This document shows, piece by piece, positions 11,835 through 25,045 of a stretch of DNA of 64,000 nt (its first letter is position 1; each line of letters starts with the position of its first letter). The DNA is from Tricharina praecox. Lineage: Eukaryota. The stretch spans positions 186,001 to 250,000 of the forward strand of contig NW_026250424.1 in NCBI RefSeq assembly GCF_024521635.1, written 5' to 3'. A program made the translations under genes and the position numbers. A model generated the notes under the pieces. That model was given only the letters and a program-made list of their open reading frames with translations, was not told the DNA's origin and ran no database searches.

Positions 11835-13075
11835 CTAATACCCCCGACTCCTCCGAACCTCATTAACCAGCGGCACTCCCCTCTCCATCCGTTCCAGATT
11901 GATCTCCATGACCTCAAGACACCTCTCCTTGTACTCACTGCCGACACCACTCACATGCGGAGTAACGACGACATTCTCGAGTGCCCAAAGCTCACTACTT
12001 TCCGGCAGGGGCTCCGGCTCCGTAACATCGAGACTCGCGCCGGCCAGACCGCCCTCCTCCTCCTCCAGCCCCCGTTTCAGCGCCGCGATAAGCGCATCAT
12101 GATCAATAATCCCGCCTCGCGCAATATTGACAACGTAAGCGCCTTTCCCGCCCATCCCCGGCCGCGGCCTCTCCAAGATCTCGAACTCCTCAGCGCCCAA
12201 AAAGTGGCGTGTATCATCCGTCAGCGGCACGGCCACGAGCAGCACATCGATGCCCTGGCGCAGAAACTCGCGTCTACTCTCCTTATCCAGGCCAGAGAAC
12301 CACCTATCAGGCACGCTCCCGTCCGCATCCCCCGTGCCAGGGACGATATACCCCGTATCCCTCCGCGCCTCCTCCGTCGTCCTCGGACTGGCCGTGAACG
12401 CGAGCACCCTCATCCCGAGGGCCTTACCTACGCGCCCCGCCTGGCGACCAATGGCGCCGTAGCCCAGGATCCCCAGCGTCTTCCCCACCAGATCGTGCAC
12501 GGAGCCGAAGTATCCGCCGCTAGCGGCATGCGACCCCCATTTCCGCTCGCGCTGCCACGCGAGCAGCGTGCGCAGGTGGTGCGTGAGCCCCAGCAGCGTC
12601 ATGAATACGTGCTCGGTGATCTGCGGTGCGTGGATGCCGCTCGACGTCGTGATCGGGATGGTAGAGGAAGTGTATAATGGGTGCGAAACTATGTGGTCGA
12701 TTCCCGCCGAGAAGAGGTGCACGAGCTTTAGGTTGGGGGCTTGCGAGGGCAGTGGAAGCGTGCGGAGGGTGAGGATTATGGTCGCTTTCTCGTAGAGGTC
12801 TGGGGAGGTTAGGTCCGCAGGTGGGCCAGAGGATGCGGGGGTGGGAGGTAGTAGGTACCGAGTGGAACGTGCACATCCCGCCGCCAGTACTGCTCCACGC
12901 TCTTGATGTCCACATCCGGCTCCGGCTGGAAGTAGATCACGGTGCTCTTTGGATGGCGGGCACGGATGCGATCGAACAGCTCCTTCGGCTCTGGGAACGG
13001 AAGGATCGCGAGGATGGTTTCTTGGAGCTCTTGCACTGCCGGAGAACTGGACGAGGTGGGAAGTTGGTTTCGCAT
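11835..13075 (-). CDS. D-isomer-specific 2-hydroxyacid dehydrogenase; exons 13075-12859, 12799-11835
   Basis: Motifs SAGIDH, GILGYGAIG (Rossmann), VNIARG, LDVTEPEPL, TPHVSG. A 59-nt intron GTACCT..CTAAC..CAG joins the two ORFs in frame. Confidence 0.9.
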
Positions 13076-13401
13076 TTTGACTCGGTCGTTGAGCAATTGA
13101 GTTGGAGTGGGGGGAATGTGGGGACGCAGCTGTAGATAGAGTATCTATGGATAGTGGTGCAAGGTGCAAGCTACAAGCACTTTACTCGAAACGGACAAGG
13201 GTACCTCCGTATCGACATCTAGAGCAAGTAGCTGCGAACTCAATGGCACGAGTGAATTCCGATGAATGAGGGCATGCGCCGAATCCCGATCAATAGACCA
13301 CGCTGCATAGATATTTCCACCACGAAAAGAAAGCATCATATTCTCCAAGGGTGGTATTCCAACACGCACGCAACCAAATCCATACAAGTACATCCAGCAT
13401 C

Positions 13402-15204
13402 TTACCACCGCCAGAGCAGCACTGCATAGAACGCAACCGCGACGGCCGCCATACGTCCCATCTCCACAACAATCTCAGTCACCCACCAGAACCGCCCTAG
13501 CGCCTGCCTCGGCCGTGGCTTCCAGTATTTCCCCTGGCCGCCGTCTTCGCGCACCGACATGCCCTTCCACGTCTGCGCCATGGGCAGCACCTCGACCGCA
13601 CCGCCCTCCCTGCGTGCCCTCCTGTCCCGCCGAGTCCACCAGACATTCAGACACACAATCATAACCGTGACAGCAAGACACTTCAGATAAGTCAGGAAGA
13701 TCCCGATCTGATCAGGCAGCAGACACAGATGGCTGTGCAGGGTGTCCTGGTCGCCGTGGACCTCCGGGGGCGGTGGCGCCAGATGCTCCGTATTCCGCTC
13801 ATCATCCGGGCCCAATCGCGCCGTGAGCTCAGCCGGGGTCTCGGGGACCCTAGCGGGGGCGTCGTCATCCAGGGGCAGCGGGGGTGCCTCCGTCGTCGTT
13901 GTTGTTGTTCCGGGGTTCCACATCGACACCATTTCGAACCCGGGGCGGCGCACGCCCATCGTCCAGCTGATGCTCTTGACGGTCCACTCGCGCACGAGGC
14001 CCTGCGGTCCATACATGTGCGTGACGTCGCAGGCGTCGTGGTCGTCGCCGGAGAAGACGTACTTCGCGTGCGTCTTCTTCAGCAGCGTGGAGGATAGCTC
14101 CTGCGTCAACACGTTCTGGTATTGGTATCCCTTCCAGATCGGGATGGCGGTGCCTTTCTCGCGTAGCGGGCCGCAGGGCGTTCCCTTCTCCCGGTACAAC
14201 GGCACGTGTGTCAGCAACACTGTCGGCTGCTGCGAGGTCGGCGGTGTAGTCGGCGGCGGCGGCGTCGCAGCAACTGGATTCGACTCGACGACCTGCGGCC
14301 ACTTGCCCCCACCCTCTGTCACCGTGTCGAGTCCATCCAAGAATTCATGCACCTCGGCATAGATCTCGGGATCCGCCTCATTGCTCAGCGACACGGCATC
14401 GACCATGACCCAGGTATGGTTCCCCGCCGTCCAGCGATCATTCCCTTCGCCAAAGAACGCCGAAAACCGTCCGCGGGCACTCAACTTAACCCCGCCACCA
14501 AACCCCAAATCATGATTCCCGGGCATTCCCCTCTTCATCCTAACGCCCGCAGGGGCTCCAAAGATCCCCTCGAAGCGCCTGAACTCCTCGATCCAATACT
14601 CCATACCATTTTTCCGCCAATCCCCGACCTCATGGGGATCATGTCCTATCCCCTTCTCCTTCTCTCCCAAGCGCGCACTAGTCCCCCACTCCCTCCCGCC
14701 ATCAAACAGGTCGCCGAGAAAGTACGCCTCAGCGGGAACGAGCTCCTGATGCAGCAGCGACCACGCGCGGGCCAGGTACTTATCGCTGTAGAAGATCGTA
14801 GCGGCGAGCGAGGCGCCGCGGCGCGCGTACGTGTGTATATCGACGAGCTGGGGGTCAGCAACGAGGACTATGCGGTGCGGCGTCGCGCCGGCCGGCCACC
14901 GCTCCCACGAATCCCATTGGCACGCCGCGATCGAGGACGTCCAGATGTACCGCTCGTAGTAGACAACGAGAAGCAGCCAGATGATCGTGATCAGCGCGGT
15001 GAGCCCGCTCCATCCCGGGAGCGTGGAGCTACGCCGTCGGTGCCGCCGCCGGGAAGTGTAGTTGTGCCACAGCGATTGCAGGAAGTTGAAGGGTGTGCTG
15101 CGTTGGTGCGCTTGCGAGGTGGGGCGCGGACGGTGGTAGAGGTGCGGAGAGGTTGCGTCGTCGTCGATGGGCGGTGGCCGCGGCGAGGTGGCGTAGCGGA
15201 TCAT
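13402..15204 (-). CDS. CDC1: Cdc1/PGAP5-type metallophosphoesterase (GPI remodelling), intronless
   Basis: N-terminal TM, then VADPQLVD, LGDLFDGGREW, PGNHD, LLTHVPLYR, CGPLRE, SGDDHD and C-terminal TMs. Confidence 0.88.
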   Translation of the reverse strand: MIRYATSPRPPPIDDDATSPHLYHRPRPTSQAHQRSTPFNFLQSLWHNYTSRRRHRRRSSTLPGWSGLTALITIIWLLLVVYYERYIWTSSIAACQWDSWERWPAGATPHRIVLVADPQLVDIHTYARRGASLAATIFYSDKYLARAWSLLHQELVPAEAYFLGDLFDGGREWGTSARLGEKEKGIGHDPHEVGDWRKNGMEYWIEEFRRFEGIFGAPAGVRMKRGMPGNHDLGFGGGVKLSARGRFSAFFGEGNDRWTAGNHTWVMVDAVSLSNEADPEIYAEVHEFLDGLDTVTEGGGKWPQVVESNPVAATPPPPTTPPTSQQPTVLLTHVPLYREKGTPCGPLREKGTAIPIWKGYQYQNVLTQELSSTLLKKTHAKYVFSGDDHDACDVTHMYGPQGLVREWTVKSISWTMGVRRPGFEMVSMWNPGTTTTTTEAPPLPLDDDAPARVPETPAELTARLGPDDERNTEHLAPPPPEVHGDQDTLHSHLCLLPDQIGIFLTYLKCLAVTVMIVCLNVWWTRRDRRARREGGAVEVLPMAQTWKGMSVREDGGQGKYWKPRPRQALGRFWWVTEIVVEMGRMAAVAVAFYAVLLWRW

Positions 15205-15830
15205 TGGTACCGTATCGTGTGCGCGCTGGGAGGCTGGGAATGTGTATGTACAGAAGATGATAACTAGGTTGACATTGTTATCGATTGTGTGATAATGGTG
15301 ACGGAGAATGGGATGTCAGAGGTGTTGTGTGTGGTGTCGAGACACGACGTTCGTCACCTCTTTATGACTGCAGGGAGCAAGCTCCGGAGGTGTGCGACGT
15401 CAGCCTCCTGTCGCCTGCAGGGGAGGTCCTTAATCTCCGAGTATCACTCAATCTCACGATATCAGACGAGTAAGGAATTGCGGGTGCACTTTTGCAACAT
15501 AACCGAAGTGTCCAAATCGTTTCCTCACCCTTCTGAACATATGAAGTGTCTAGAGTGGGTATATTAGTTTTTCTCTATGCTGTATAAGTATTATTTACAA
15601 TCTCCTCCCCGCATTCCCTGAAGAAAACATCCTAATTGCTTGCAGCAAACAAAAGAATAGAAGAAAAGTATCCCAAACCCCAACCCGGCCCAGTCCGTAG
15701 CATGTTAAGCATCACGCGTAAGTTGAAGTAGACAGAACAATCAAGGAAAACCCCCCGGCACGCCTTATGTAACAAAGAAAGTCAAGGAAACCAAGCCCAA
15801 GAACCAGACGACCATAGAACTCTCCACCTA

Positions 15831-17465
15831 CTAGTGCGAGTGTCCATGCGCGCCATTGCCAACGGCATTCTCGTCTACAGGTGCACAGCACTTTCCACTG
15901 CCACACTCGTCTCCACACTCGAGGAGACACGCGTCGGCGTCGGTGGCGGCAGTTCCGAGGGCTCCGTAAGTGCTCGTTCCGGCCTGAGATGCAATCGCAG
16001 CGAGACCGCCCTTCGGCGTGTACTCGGGCTGGATGGTGACGGAATGCACACCGACAGCGTGAAGGCAGGTTCTAACGGCCTTCGCAAGTCGCATGTACTT
16101 CAGTCCCTTGTCCGTCTCGGGGTCAAAGGCGATCTGGATGTGCAGGGACGCAATCATCTTGACGTCGCTGAGTTGCCAGATGTGAAGCTCGTGCACGCTC
16201 TCAATGCCAGGGATGGACCGAATGTCCTCCTTGACCTCGTCGAGCGCGATGCCCTTAGGAACACCCTGGAGCAGGATCTTAGAAGCGGATTTCACGAGCG
16301 GCAGTGCCGACGAAAAGATAATAATGGTGATGATGAGTGAGATGGTGGGATCCGCATAGTTGGTGAACGGCCTGGACCATTCGTGGTTGGGGCTGTACTT
16401 GACGAAGAGCGCGGTAAGGATGACGCCGACATTTCCGAGAGCATCGCCGAGAACGTGCAGGAAGACACCGCGCATGTTGAGATTCTGGTGAGAGTGTCCG
16501 CCCTTGCCTGCCTTCTTGGGCTTCGAGTGGTTGTGGTCGCGGTGCCAGGTACGAGAATCACCGCGGCGCCTGCCTCCAGCAGGTACGGTCTTTCCGCCGT
16601 CGGTCATCAGCGGCGTGTGCTCGTCTTGCTCATCGTTGTCCGAAACAGCCGATTCGGAAGCTTCCGAGGCAGCGGCGTTGAATACTTCCTGTCGGTTCAT
16701 TGCAGGGTGGACATGGATGTCGGTGATCGGGCTAGCGAAATACGTCTGCTTGCCCCTCGAAGAGGAGGACATAATGGGACTCGCTTCAGCGACGCGACGA
16801 ACGACATTGCCGGGTAGGACGCTCTCGATGTCGCCCTCGTCACGGCGCAGATCATCCTCCTCGTCGTATAGCGATGTGTCGTCTCCGTGAGCCTCGATAT
16901 CATCGTGGCTATGCGAGTGTCCGTGTCCCTCCGCGGCTTCGCCACCATGCGAGTGGCCGTGATCGTGGAACAAAAATAGCCCAACAATATTGGACGCCAA
17001 TCCGGCCGATCCGACAGCGAGGATGAGCCATGGGTTCTGAATCTCTTGAGGCTCAAAGAAGCGCTGGACAGCTTCGAGGAAAATAGAAAGACACAGCGCG
17101 AGCAGAAAAACACCGTTGATCAAGGCACCGAGGACTTCGGCGCGCTGCCAGCCGTACGTGTAGTCGTTGGAGCTCTTGGCCTTCGCAAGTTTAATAGCCC
17201 ACAGAGCGACGATGAGGGAGAATACGTCATTCAACTACACAGCGGTCAGCCTAGTCCCGTCAAAAAGGAGGCCCCCCGCCAAAGGATTCTCGGAGCCCTC
17301 TGAATGTCTATGCCCCGTCCGTCGCAGTATGCAGCTTACCATATGGAACGAGTCCGCCACTAGGGCAAGCGAATGCACGGCATATCCGACGATGATTTCG
17401 AGGAAGAAGAAGATTGTATCGATCACGAGAAGCGTGATGATGCGCGACGAGCGGGAGAGCCCCAT
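15831..17465 (-). CDS. ZRC1: CDF-family zinc/cobalt transporter (Zrc1/Cot1); exons 17465-17340, 17234-15831
   Basis: SLALVADSFHM|LNDV across a GTAAGC..TAG intron; YTYGWQRAEVLGALING, His-rich loops, NMRGVFLHVLGDALGN, VHELHIWQL. Confidence 0.92.
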
Positions 17466-17607
17466 TTCAACGCGAGGTTCGAGTCAAACCTTCGCTTCGT
17501 GGGGTGTGCAGACAGCCGAAGGTGATGCGATAAGAACGGTCGCTCGTGAGTCAGGATCCAATGGGATTGGATGAGAAGTTCTAGTTGTTCGATCTGTGTC
17601 GTCAGAG

Positions 17608-17615
17608 TTTATATA
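17608..17615 (-). promoter_or_regulatory. Putative TATA box of zinc transporter gene
   Basis: CCTATATAAAC on the minus strand ~145 nt upstream of the ATG. Confidence 0.5.
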
Positions 17616-20600
17616 GGAGGGCTACGGAAGCAATAATAAATGTGATATGTTGTTTGTTGTTTTCGGAAAGGCGAGGAACCTGTTCGTTTTGTCGCGCTGG
17701 GGTGGAACGTGCGGGAGCTGGAGGGGAGATGGTTGTTTCGCGAACGTAGAGCGACGGGCTGTGGTGGGCTGAAGAGGTGAGGGATGGGTTGCGAAGCTGG
17801 CGAGAGATGCATCGATGGAACTTTTACTAGCTCCTCAATCCTAGCTTCCTTGATTTCAAACTTCGACTAGCAGATAAGACAAACAAAGCCTCCACAGCCA
17901 CTCAGCTGGCCACAGTTATGAACAAGAAGCCAACTGTTTTGGCCGCCTCCAACCTTATACAGCCCGTAAAGTCAAAAGTAAGGGCAACAATAAATACTCA
18001 TGTCGTCAACATCACCAGGCATTCCGTACCCGATTGTCCAGTCGTTAAGCTTGAAGCTTTGTTTATGAGCAAAAAAGACGATTTGCTACAAAATACCTAA
18101 GTATGGTATGTAGATCAGCAACACGAGTATGTAAAACAACACCAACGCAGAGATTTTCTCCAGCACCCAGCGGTGGCCAGGATACATACAATCGATACGT
18201 GCCGATGTAGCACATCACGTTGCACGACCCGTAGGTATGTAGATCAGCGTCAGCGTCAGCTCCGAGTACTCCACATTGTCCTCTGTTAAAGTGTTTTATG
18301 TAAGGCAAGCCTTAACTGTGGAGAGCCCCACCAAACCCTGACCCCTACCATAGTACCATTGGCCTCTTCGATCCGAGGCCGAGATACCTACAAACCTGCC
18401 CTGAATCTTCGAAGCGAACGCATTGAAGAAAGTAGCTTGACTCGCCTATGTAAGTAACCTTCGAGTTCAATGCGGAATCAGAGCTAACTAGCTGTGCGGT
18501 TTAGACATGACGGGATATGTGGGTATCTGTGCACCGTGAGGATCGTCACCGCAGCGCAACGGACAGTTGTCAGTTGCCAGGTGGTTGTCAGTTGCCAGAT
18601 GGGCGTCTGACTCCGCAGCGCTGAACGCAGTATCGTACCCGCCGATGCACCCCTTACTCGCACCGGCACCGGCACTTGCAACCTTGAACTCCACGGGACA
18701 TACCGGTACGTACCTGGTTGCAATTTTCATCGGCAGCTCGTATCCCGTCTACCTGGTGTTCCCGTCCGTCTGGACAACCGACAAGATGTTTCACAGCACA
18801 GCACAGCAGCTCGGACGAATGGAACGCGTGGGGGATACCTATCTAGTCGTGATGGTTCGTGGCTCACCGGGAAGGTCATAGATTCTAGGTGGAGTATGTA
18901 TGTAGGGCTCAGGAAGAACTTCATTCACAAGGTAGGTATCCACAAGTGTTCTCACCACATGCATACGAAGTGATTCGGCACGAGGAAGTTCATCTCCATT
19001 TCCACTACTGACCATGAAAACAGACCGCGCGGCCCAGAGAGCACTCTACTACTCCACATGGCCATTGCAATACCCAGTACATACATATGTGGGATTCACG
19101 AATATCCCCAGCCCTGCCTCCGCAAATCACCACTCGATGCAAGCCCATCAGAAGTTCAGAACCGTCACGTCGATATTGACTTTCGCAGAAACAGCTTGAG
19201 CCTGGAGATTGAGTAGATGTCGGTATACTGTCTCGCAGAATCACACCAGCCGTAACTACTTTGCTTTGTCTGGCAATTCGCGAGCAATGATGTGATGAGC
19301 ACGAGAGTCTGGTGTGAAACAATTCAACAAGCACTGCGTCTTCGAAATACTGAGACAAAGGAAAGAAACATACCACCCATCGTACCACCCATCGCACTGC
19401 CTCACAATCACAAATCGTTTTCAAATCTCCCCGAATGCTCCCGCATGGCACGGATATCACTCGAGCCGCATAACTACCTAGTTCTTCGGCGTTATCAGTA
19501 GAGTACGGACGATCCTATGAACTACCAATGTTCTCCTCATCCTCGCCTCCTACCGTATCCTTCGTTTGCTCTTGGAGATATCCATAAAGAATAAAGGATG
19601 GTCCGGAAATGGAAGACAGTTAGTTCGAACTTCAGGAGGCGCTGAGTAGTAAGTACGGCATGGGGCACCGTGCCGTATTCCTCCGGCGTCAGTGGGGTGC
19701 TGTTAGTTCGAGTAGTTACCTATCTCTAGATCTCTCAGCTCGCAGTACCATAAGTTGAGTAGAAGAGCGAGGAGTACCTGTTAACACTGAAAAGACCTTC
19801 AAAACACCTATACTCAAGTGTTTCCCCCTGGTTTATCAGTCTGTATCTGATTGGGTCCAAGTATACCCAAGTCTTTGCCTACCTCAGTAAGAAGTATGTA
19901 CTTTTCCACCATCCTTCGCGCTTGGACACGGCTCCCCGAGTGACACTATATGACCAGCCGTCCAGACAGGGTTGATATCTTGATGCAATTCCGGCTTCTG
20001 AGTTCGAACTAGGTAGGCTGGCCCCAGAAGTCGCTTGAGGCTTGACTCGTGAGACTTGAGTGGGGCACTGGGGCAAACTAATTTCCGCAACAAAAATAGC
20101 AGCTCCAGCTTCAACAGAGAACGCAACCACGCCGTGTGAGCGCGTCTCACGATATCTCGAACGGGAAATGTCAGAATGTAGAATCCCACGATACGATACG
20201 TTGACAAAAGGCTTAGGTACGGGGTTCACATCGACGCCTACATGCCGCCTTGAACCTGAGACTCAGTGCCCACATCCTTATGCAGGGCAATAGGCTGGCT
20301 TTAGTTCGGATCCCGAATCCGGTAACATAAAAACTACTGACACGGACAGTGACAGACTCAAAAGTACTGATCATTCCCAAGTTTCAGCCCTTCCCCAAAA
20401 TTCCCGTCTATATGTAGATACAGCCAGCTGAGTAAGGTACGCAGGTACACATGCATCCCCACCAACCCTATCCGCTCCGCAACTACCGTAGTTACCGACT
20501 CTCCTCCGCCACACCAATATGTACCGCCCCAATGCCGCCCAAAGTTCAAACGATCCCGTTCCCCTTTTTAAAATCTCAACGTGCCAGCACTCTCTTAGGT

Positions 20601-22617
20601 ACCTTTGGGCGCTACATCTCCAGAATCATGCAGGTACGCATCTCGAGGGGAGTACGCCGTATTATATACTACACATCACAGCTACTACTATATAGCCCGC
20701 AACAGATTACCTATGATTCTATGAAGCCATGTCTCTGCTGCTGCCACATGGCATATGGCCTCCAGCACTCTGTACCGGTCGGGTCGGAGTGTAAGCTAGG
20801 TAGATACGCCGCTTTGTGCAGACGAGCCGTGGAGAGTGAGTGATAGTGATGGTGATGGTGCTGCGGGAGCATGTATCCGATGGTCGGTCCATGGTCGATG
20901 AAGAGGATAGGTATGCCTGAGGATCCGGCCCTAGTACTAAGCAAAGGGCAGCCGTGCTGCCGTGAGCCTGTGAGGGGAGACAGCATCGGTGCCGCGGTGG
21001 ATCGGCGATGCAATGGGATTACCTACGGTAGCTCGGATGACTGTAAAGAAAAGGATGGGAAGAAGCCGATGCCGAACTTCGAAGTTGTGGAGCGGATTTG
21101 CGATCTGGAGGTGATATCACTCGATCAGCTCATTTATACTTGGGGCGTATTGCGAGCGGAAGAGGAGAGCAAGCAGAGGCTATTGATACTGTCTTGTACC
21201 TTACGGTACTTCTCCAAGCGATTCTTACCTCTACCTACCCCGAGTGATAGCATTTGACCTCCTCCGGATAACAATGTAGTGTTCAATATGTCCGTCTGTT
21301 ATACTCTACCTATTAGAACTATCAGCCTATCTATAGTAGGTACATAGAGGTAAAGGTGCCCGGGCCCTGTCTAATCGACTATCCATCCGTCGGTCCATAC
21401 ATAACAGCCACAGGTATTGAAACATTAGGAAGTGCTTAATTACTACATAGTTACCGGGGAACGACCGGTCCGTCCGACCCATCCCATCCAGATACCTACC
21501 TAACTACTCGGAGACCCCATTTCTCACCGGATCCGAGGAGAATAACGAAAAGCATACGAAGGATTCTATCACCGCCGCACTCCGGGCATTATACCCGACG
21601 ACGAAGTCGTTAAGTATGTTGACGAGGGTCAGGACTAGTTGGGTATTAGAAGTATGGGGCTGGAGTGCCCAGATATGGATTCGGATTTGGATTTAGGTTC
21701 CAACTTCCGAAAGGTTGGGGAAGTGGGGAATACGGTACGGTACGCTAGGTCCATAGGTATAGTACTATATAGTAGGGGGATATATCCACTCGCTGTGGGG
21801 GGAGAAGGGGGGGTATGTACAGTCAGGCACCGCACATCACATCACTCGGTGAAAATCCGGACAACATGCCGAAGTCAGCTGCCCGATGAAGATGAAGAGC
21901 AGCGACAGCCTATGTACAGGAGAACCGACAGGAGAACCGACAGGAGAACCGGGTCGGTGTGTGTATGCGTACTTGTTATCGCCTAGTCTACTCTTGATAT
22001 GTAGGCTACATACACGCGATCAATAAAGAAACACGAAAAAACGAAGGGGGAAAAAGAAAAAAGTGACCGCTAATATCGATATGCGAGCGAGCTTTCCTTA
22101 GCGATCTTACACAGCAGAAGAAGGAGACGAACGAACGAGCGAGCGAACGAGCGAACGAACGAAGCTTCCCCCCGCCACCCCTCTCGCAGTTAATGGTATA
22201 TGCACTCCGCTCGTATACATATAGGTACATTCGCTCGCTGCATATGTAGAGTACGTGACGGTGAGACGGACATCATCCAAGCGAACTGCAGTCTGCTCGT
22301 TACATTACATTACATACATCCATAAGTTACGGTCCATACATCCGATCCGTTCGGCGAAAGCACTCGACGACCCGACCGCCGCCGCCGCCGACGACGACGA
22401 CGACGAGATACATAGTGGTGCATGTGATTTAATAACGGCGGGAATTCAACACTCCACTCCCACTCCTGACCACTCCTGACCGGACCGATTCGCGGATACA
22501 TTTTGTAGGTGTGTATTATATGATGCATGTATGTAAAACTACAGTGCATTACATAAGGGCCTCCTAAGGGCCTAAGGCCTTCATGTAAAGTGGGCAATCT
22601 CGTCTTCGTATCTGGGA

Positions 22618-22732
22618 TATGGAGGTAGAGTATGGAGGTAGAGTATGGAGGTAGAGTATGGAGGTAGAGTATGGAGGTATGGAGATGGAGGTAGAGTATG
22701 GAGGTAGAGTATGGAGGTATGGAGATGGAGGT
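22618..22732. repeat. 13-bp minisatellite TATGGAGGTAGAG
   Basis: About 6 full copies interleaved with shortened TATGGAGG/ATGGAG units. Confidence 0.9.
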
Positions 22733-23703
22733 ACGGCCTGGTACCTACGTGGAGGACATGTCTCTTTTACCCAACTCTCCCAACTCCCCATCACGGAAGG
22801 TCAGCCTCCTCCTCCCCCGCTCTTCCTTCCCACGCTCTTCCTTCCATCCACCCCTCTGTGTGGGATGGAGGATATAGTACATACATGAATTCGTTGTAAC
22901 TTGTACCGTATCTGCCGGAGAGGGGGTAGAGTAGAGTAGAGGGGGTAGGGTACTCAGTGAAGCTAGAGCAAATATCTACTCCGTCTTGGCCGTCCTCAGC
23001 GTTGGCTTGGTCCTCAGCATTTGGTTTGGACTCTGAAGAATCTGCGCTAAAATAGTCCATGGCGGGGTTGGCCCACCACCAGGGGAATCCACCACCAGGG
23101 GAATCCACCACCGAGCTGCAAGCGTAAGATTTAGAGCGAGCAGAGGAGATGCTGCACCCTTGAGGGATGGGGGATGGGATGGGGGATGGGGGCATCTAGT
23201 TAGTTACTCATGTACGGTAGCAGCGCCGGCCAAAAACCAAACCAAACCAAACCAAACCAAACCAAACCACTACTATACATAACCAGCCATCTCATCCCGG
23301 GTTCTGTCGCGCAGCAGCAGCAGCAGAAAGAAAGGACACGCACACTCCACTCTCACTCTCGCATGTGGCCGGCCATCCGTGAGCGAGCAGGAATCCATAA
23401 AACACTGGTACGTAGAGTACATACAGGCACACATCCATACACACACAGACATACACACACAGACATACATACGCGATCACACCATTCCTTACGTACGTCA
23501 TTGGCTAACGGCTGAAGAAGACGAAGAGAAAGAAGAAGAAGTAGACAAAGAAGAAGAAGAAGAAGTCTGCATACCACCGGCAACTCGGCTGCGCGCCATC
23601 TCCTCGCCTCCGCACCATCTATAACACCAATGCAACACCGGCATCCGCCAGGCTCACCGGTCACGACTCGCACATCACCCTTCCCCCAACAGCAGCAGGA
23701 AAC

Positions 23704-24021
23704 ATGGCGCCACAGCCCCAAGTAATAGCCCCGACGGCGACGACGACAGCGACGACCACGGCGACGGCGACCGTATACCTGCCGGCGATAACGTCGTACG
23801 TGCGCGCGGTGACCTCGAACGAGCCGCTGCCGGTCTCGGCCACCGTGGGCGTGTCGGTCGTCGGCGGCATGCTGCTCATCCTGGCGCTCGCCGGCATCGT
23901 CATCTGTATCAAGCAGAAGGCGAAGCGTCGACGCCACAAGGGGAAGCGCCGTGCAACCGAGAATGCCAACGACGGCCCAGAGAATATGACCTTGAAGTTG
24001 AAGCCCGTGGCGGATGATTGA
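23704..24021 (+). CDS. Small single-pass membrane protein (Thr-rich stalk, TM, basic tail)
   Basis: TATTTATTTATAT, then the TM VGVSVVGGMLLILALAGIVICI, then KQKAKRRRHKGKRR (positive-inside rule). GC3-rich codons. 5' end uncertain. Confidence 0.6.
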   Translation: MAPQPQVIAPTATTTATTTATATVYLPAITSYVRAVTSNEPLPVSATVGVSVVGGMLLILALAGIVICIKQKAKRRRHKGKRRATENANDGPENMTLKLKPVADD

Positions 24022-24320
24022 GTGGGCCGGGTGGCAGGGGGGCGGGCGGGCGGACGGATGGACGGATGGACGGAGTAGGGGACGATGAATACCCACGGAA
24101 GTTGCGACGATGAACTACACGGCGACGATATCACGGCTACGGTACCCCTCCGATTCGATTATGCGTCACGAATTCATGCGCATGGACTATTCGGTCCTTA
24201 TTTTACTACGAGAATAAAAGGGCGCACACGACCAGACACAGACACGTACTTATATGCAACATCTTCTTTCGCGCCCGCGCTCACTCGCTCCACGACAGTT
24301 ACGTCCATACATACGGCCAC

Positions 24321-25045
24321 CTACAACTTGCTCTCGCCGTCCCTGCTTTCCATTGCCAGGCCCATGCACGCAGCCACCTCGTCCAGATGATCGAAGCCCC
24401 AATACACATCCTCCTTCCCGTTGGCGTCGGTGACTACCCCATCCCGTCGGTTAGCATATCCAGCACCACCCCTCCCTCTCTTTGGAGCGCGCGCGGCGCA
24501 AGCGACTCACCCACGAACCAGGGCATTCCGAACGCGCCCTTCCTTACGGCCTCATCCGTATTCTCCGCCAGCTTTTTCTTCCCCTCAGTCCTAATCCTCT
24601 TCTCCACTTGTTCCCAGGCCTCCCTTCCCAGCACCTGTTCCACAACCTCTTTGACCACCTCCTCCCTCTCCACGCCCCTCCCTTGGACCCAAAACACATG
24701 AAACAACCTCTCCGCAACCTCCACCACTCTACCTTCGGGCACAGCGCACAGCACCCTCATAGCATACAACGTACTGACCGGAAAGTTCGCCGGCTTCCCC
24801 GCAGGCAGCAGCGGGATCCCGTACCGTCCCGCTTGCCGCACGAGGTCGTGGAAGATGTACGCTCCCTTCAGGGGAACCGTTAGCGGCGGTCGGTTGGACG
24901 TGGCCACCATTATCCCGCTCAGGAAGGAGGGGGTGTAGGTCGTGTACGCGTGTAAAGGGGAGTGCAAAAGGCGGTGGAACGCAAGGTAGGCGAAGGGGGA
25001 GATTATGTCGAAGTAGAAGGTTAGCTGGGGGGCGGGGGTGGGCAT
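24321..25045 (-). CDS. GST kappa / HCCA isomerase-like (DsbA fold) with PTS1; exons 25045-24511, 24433-24321
   Basis: FYFDIISPFAYL, GAFGMPWFV|VTD..YWGFDHL; intron GTGAGT..GCTAAC..TAG; C-terminus ..GESKL*. Confidence 0.88.

Noticed and set aside
14206..15267. 353-aa antisense ORF
   Set aside because: Shadow of CDC1; Arg/Pro-rich composition typical of off-frame reading.
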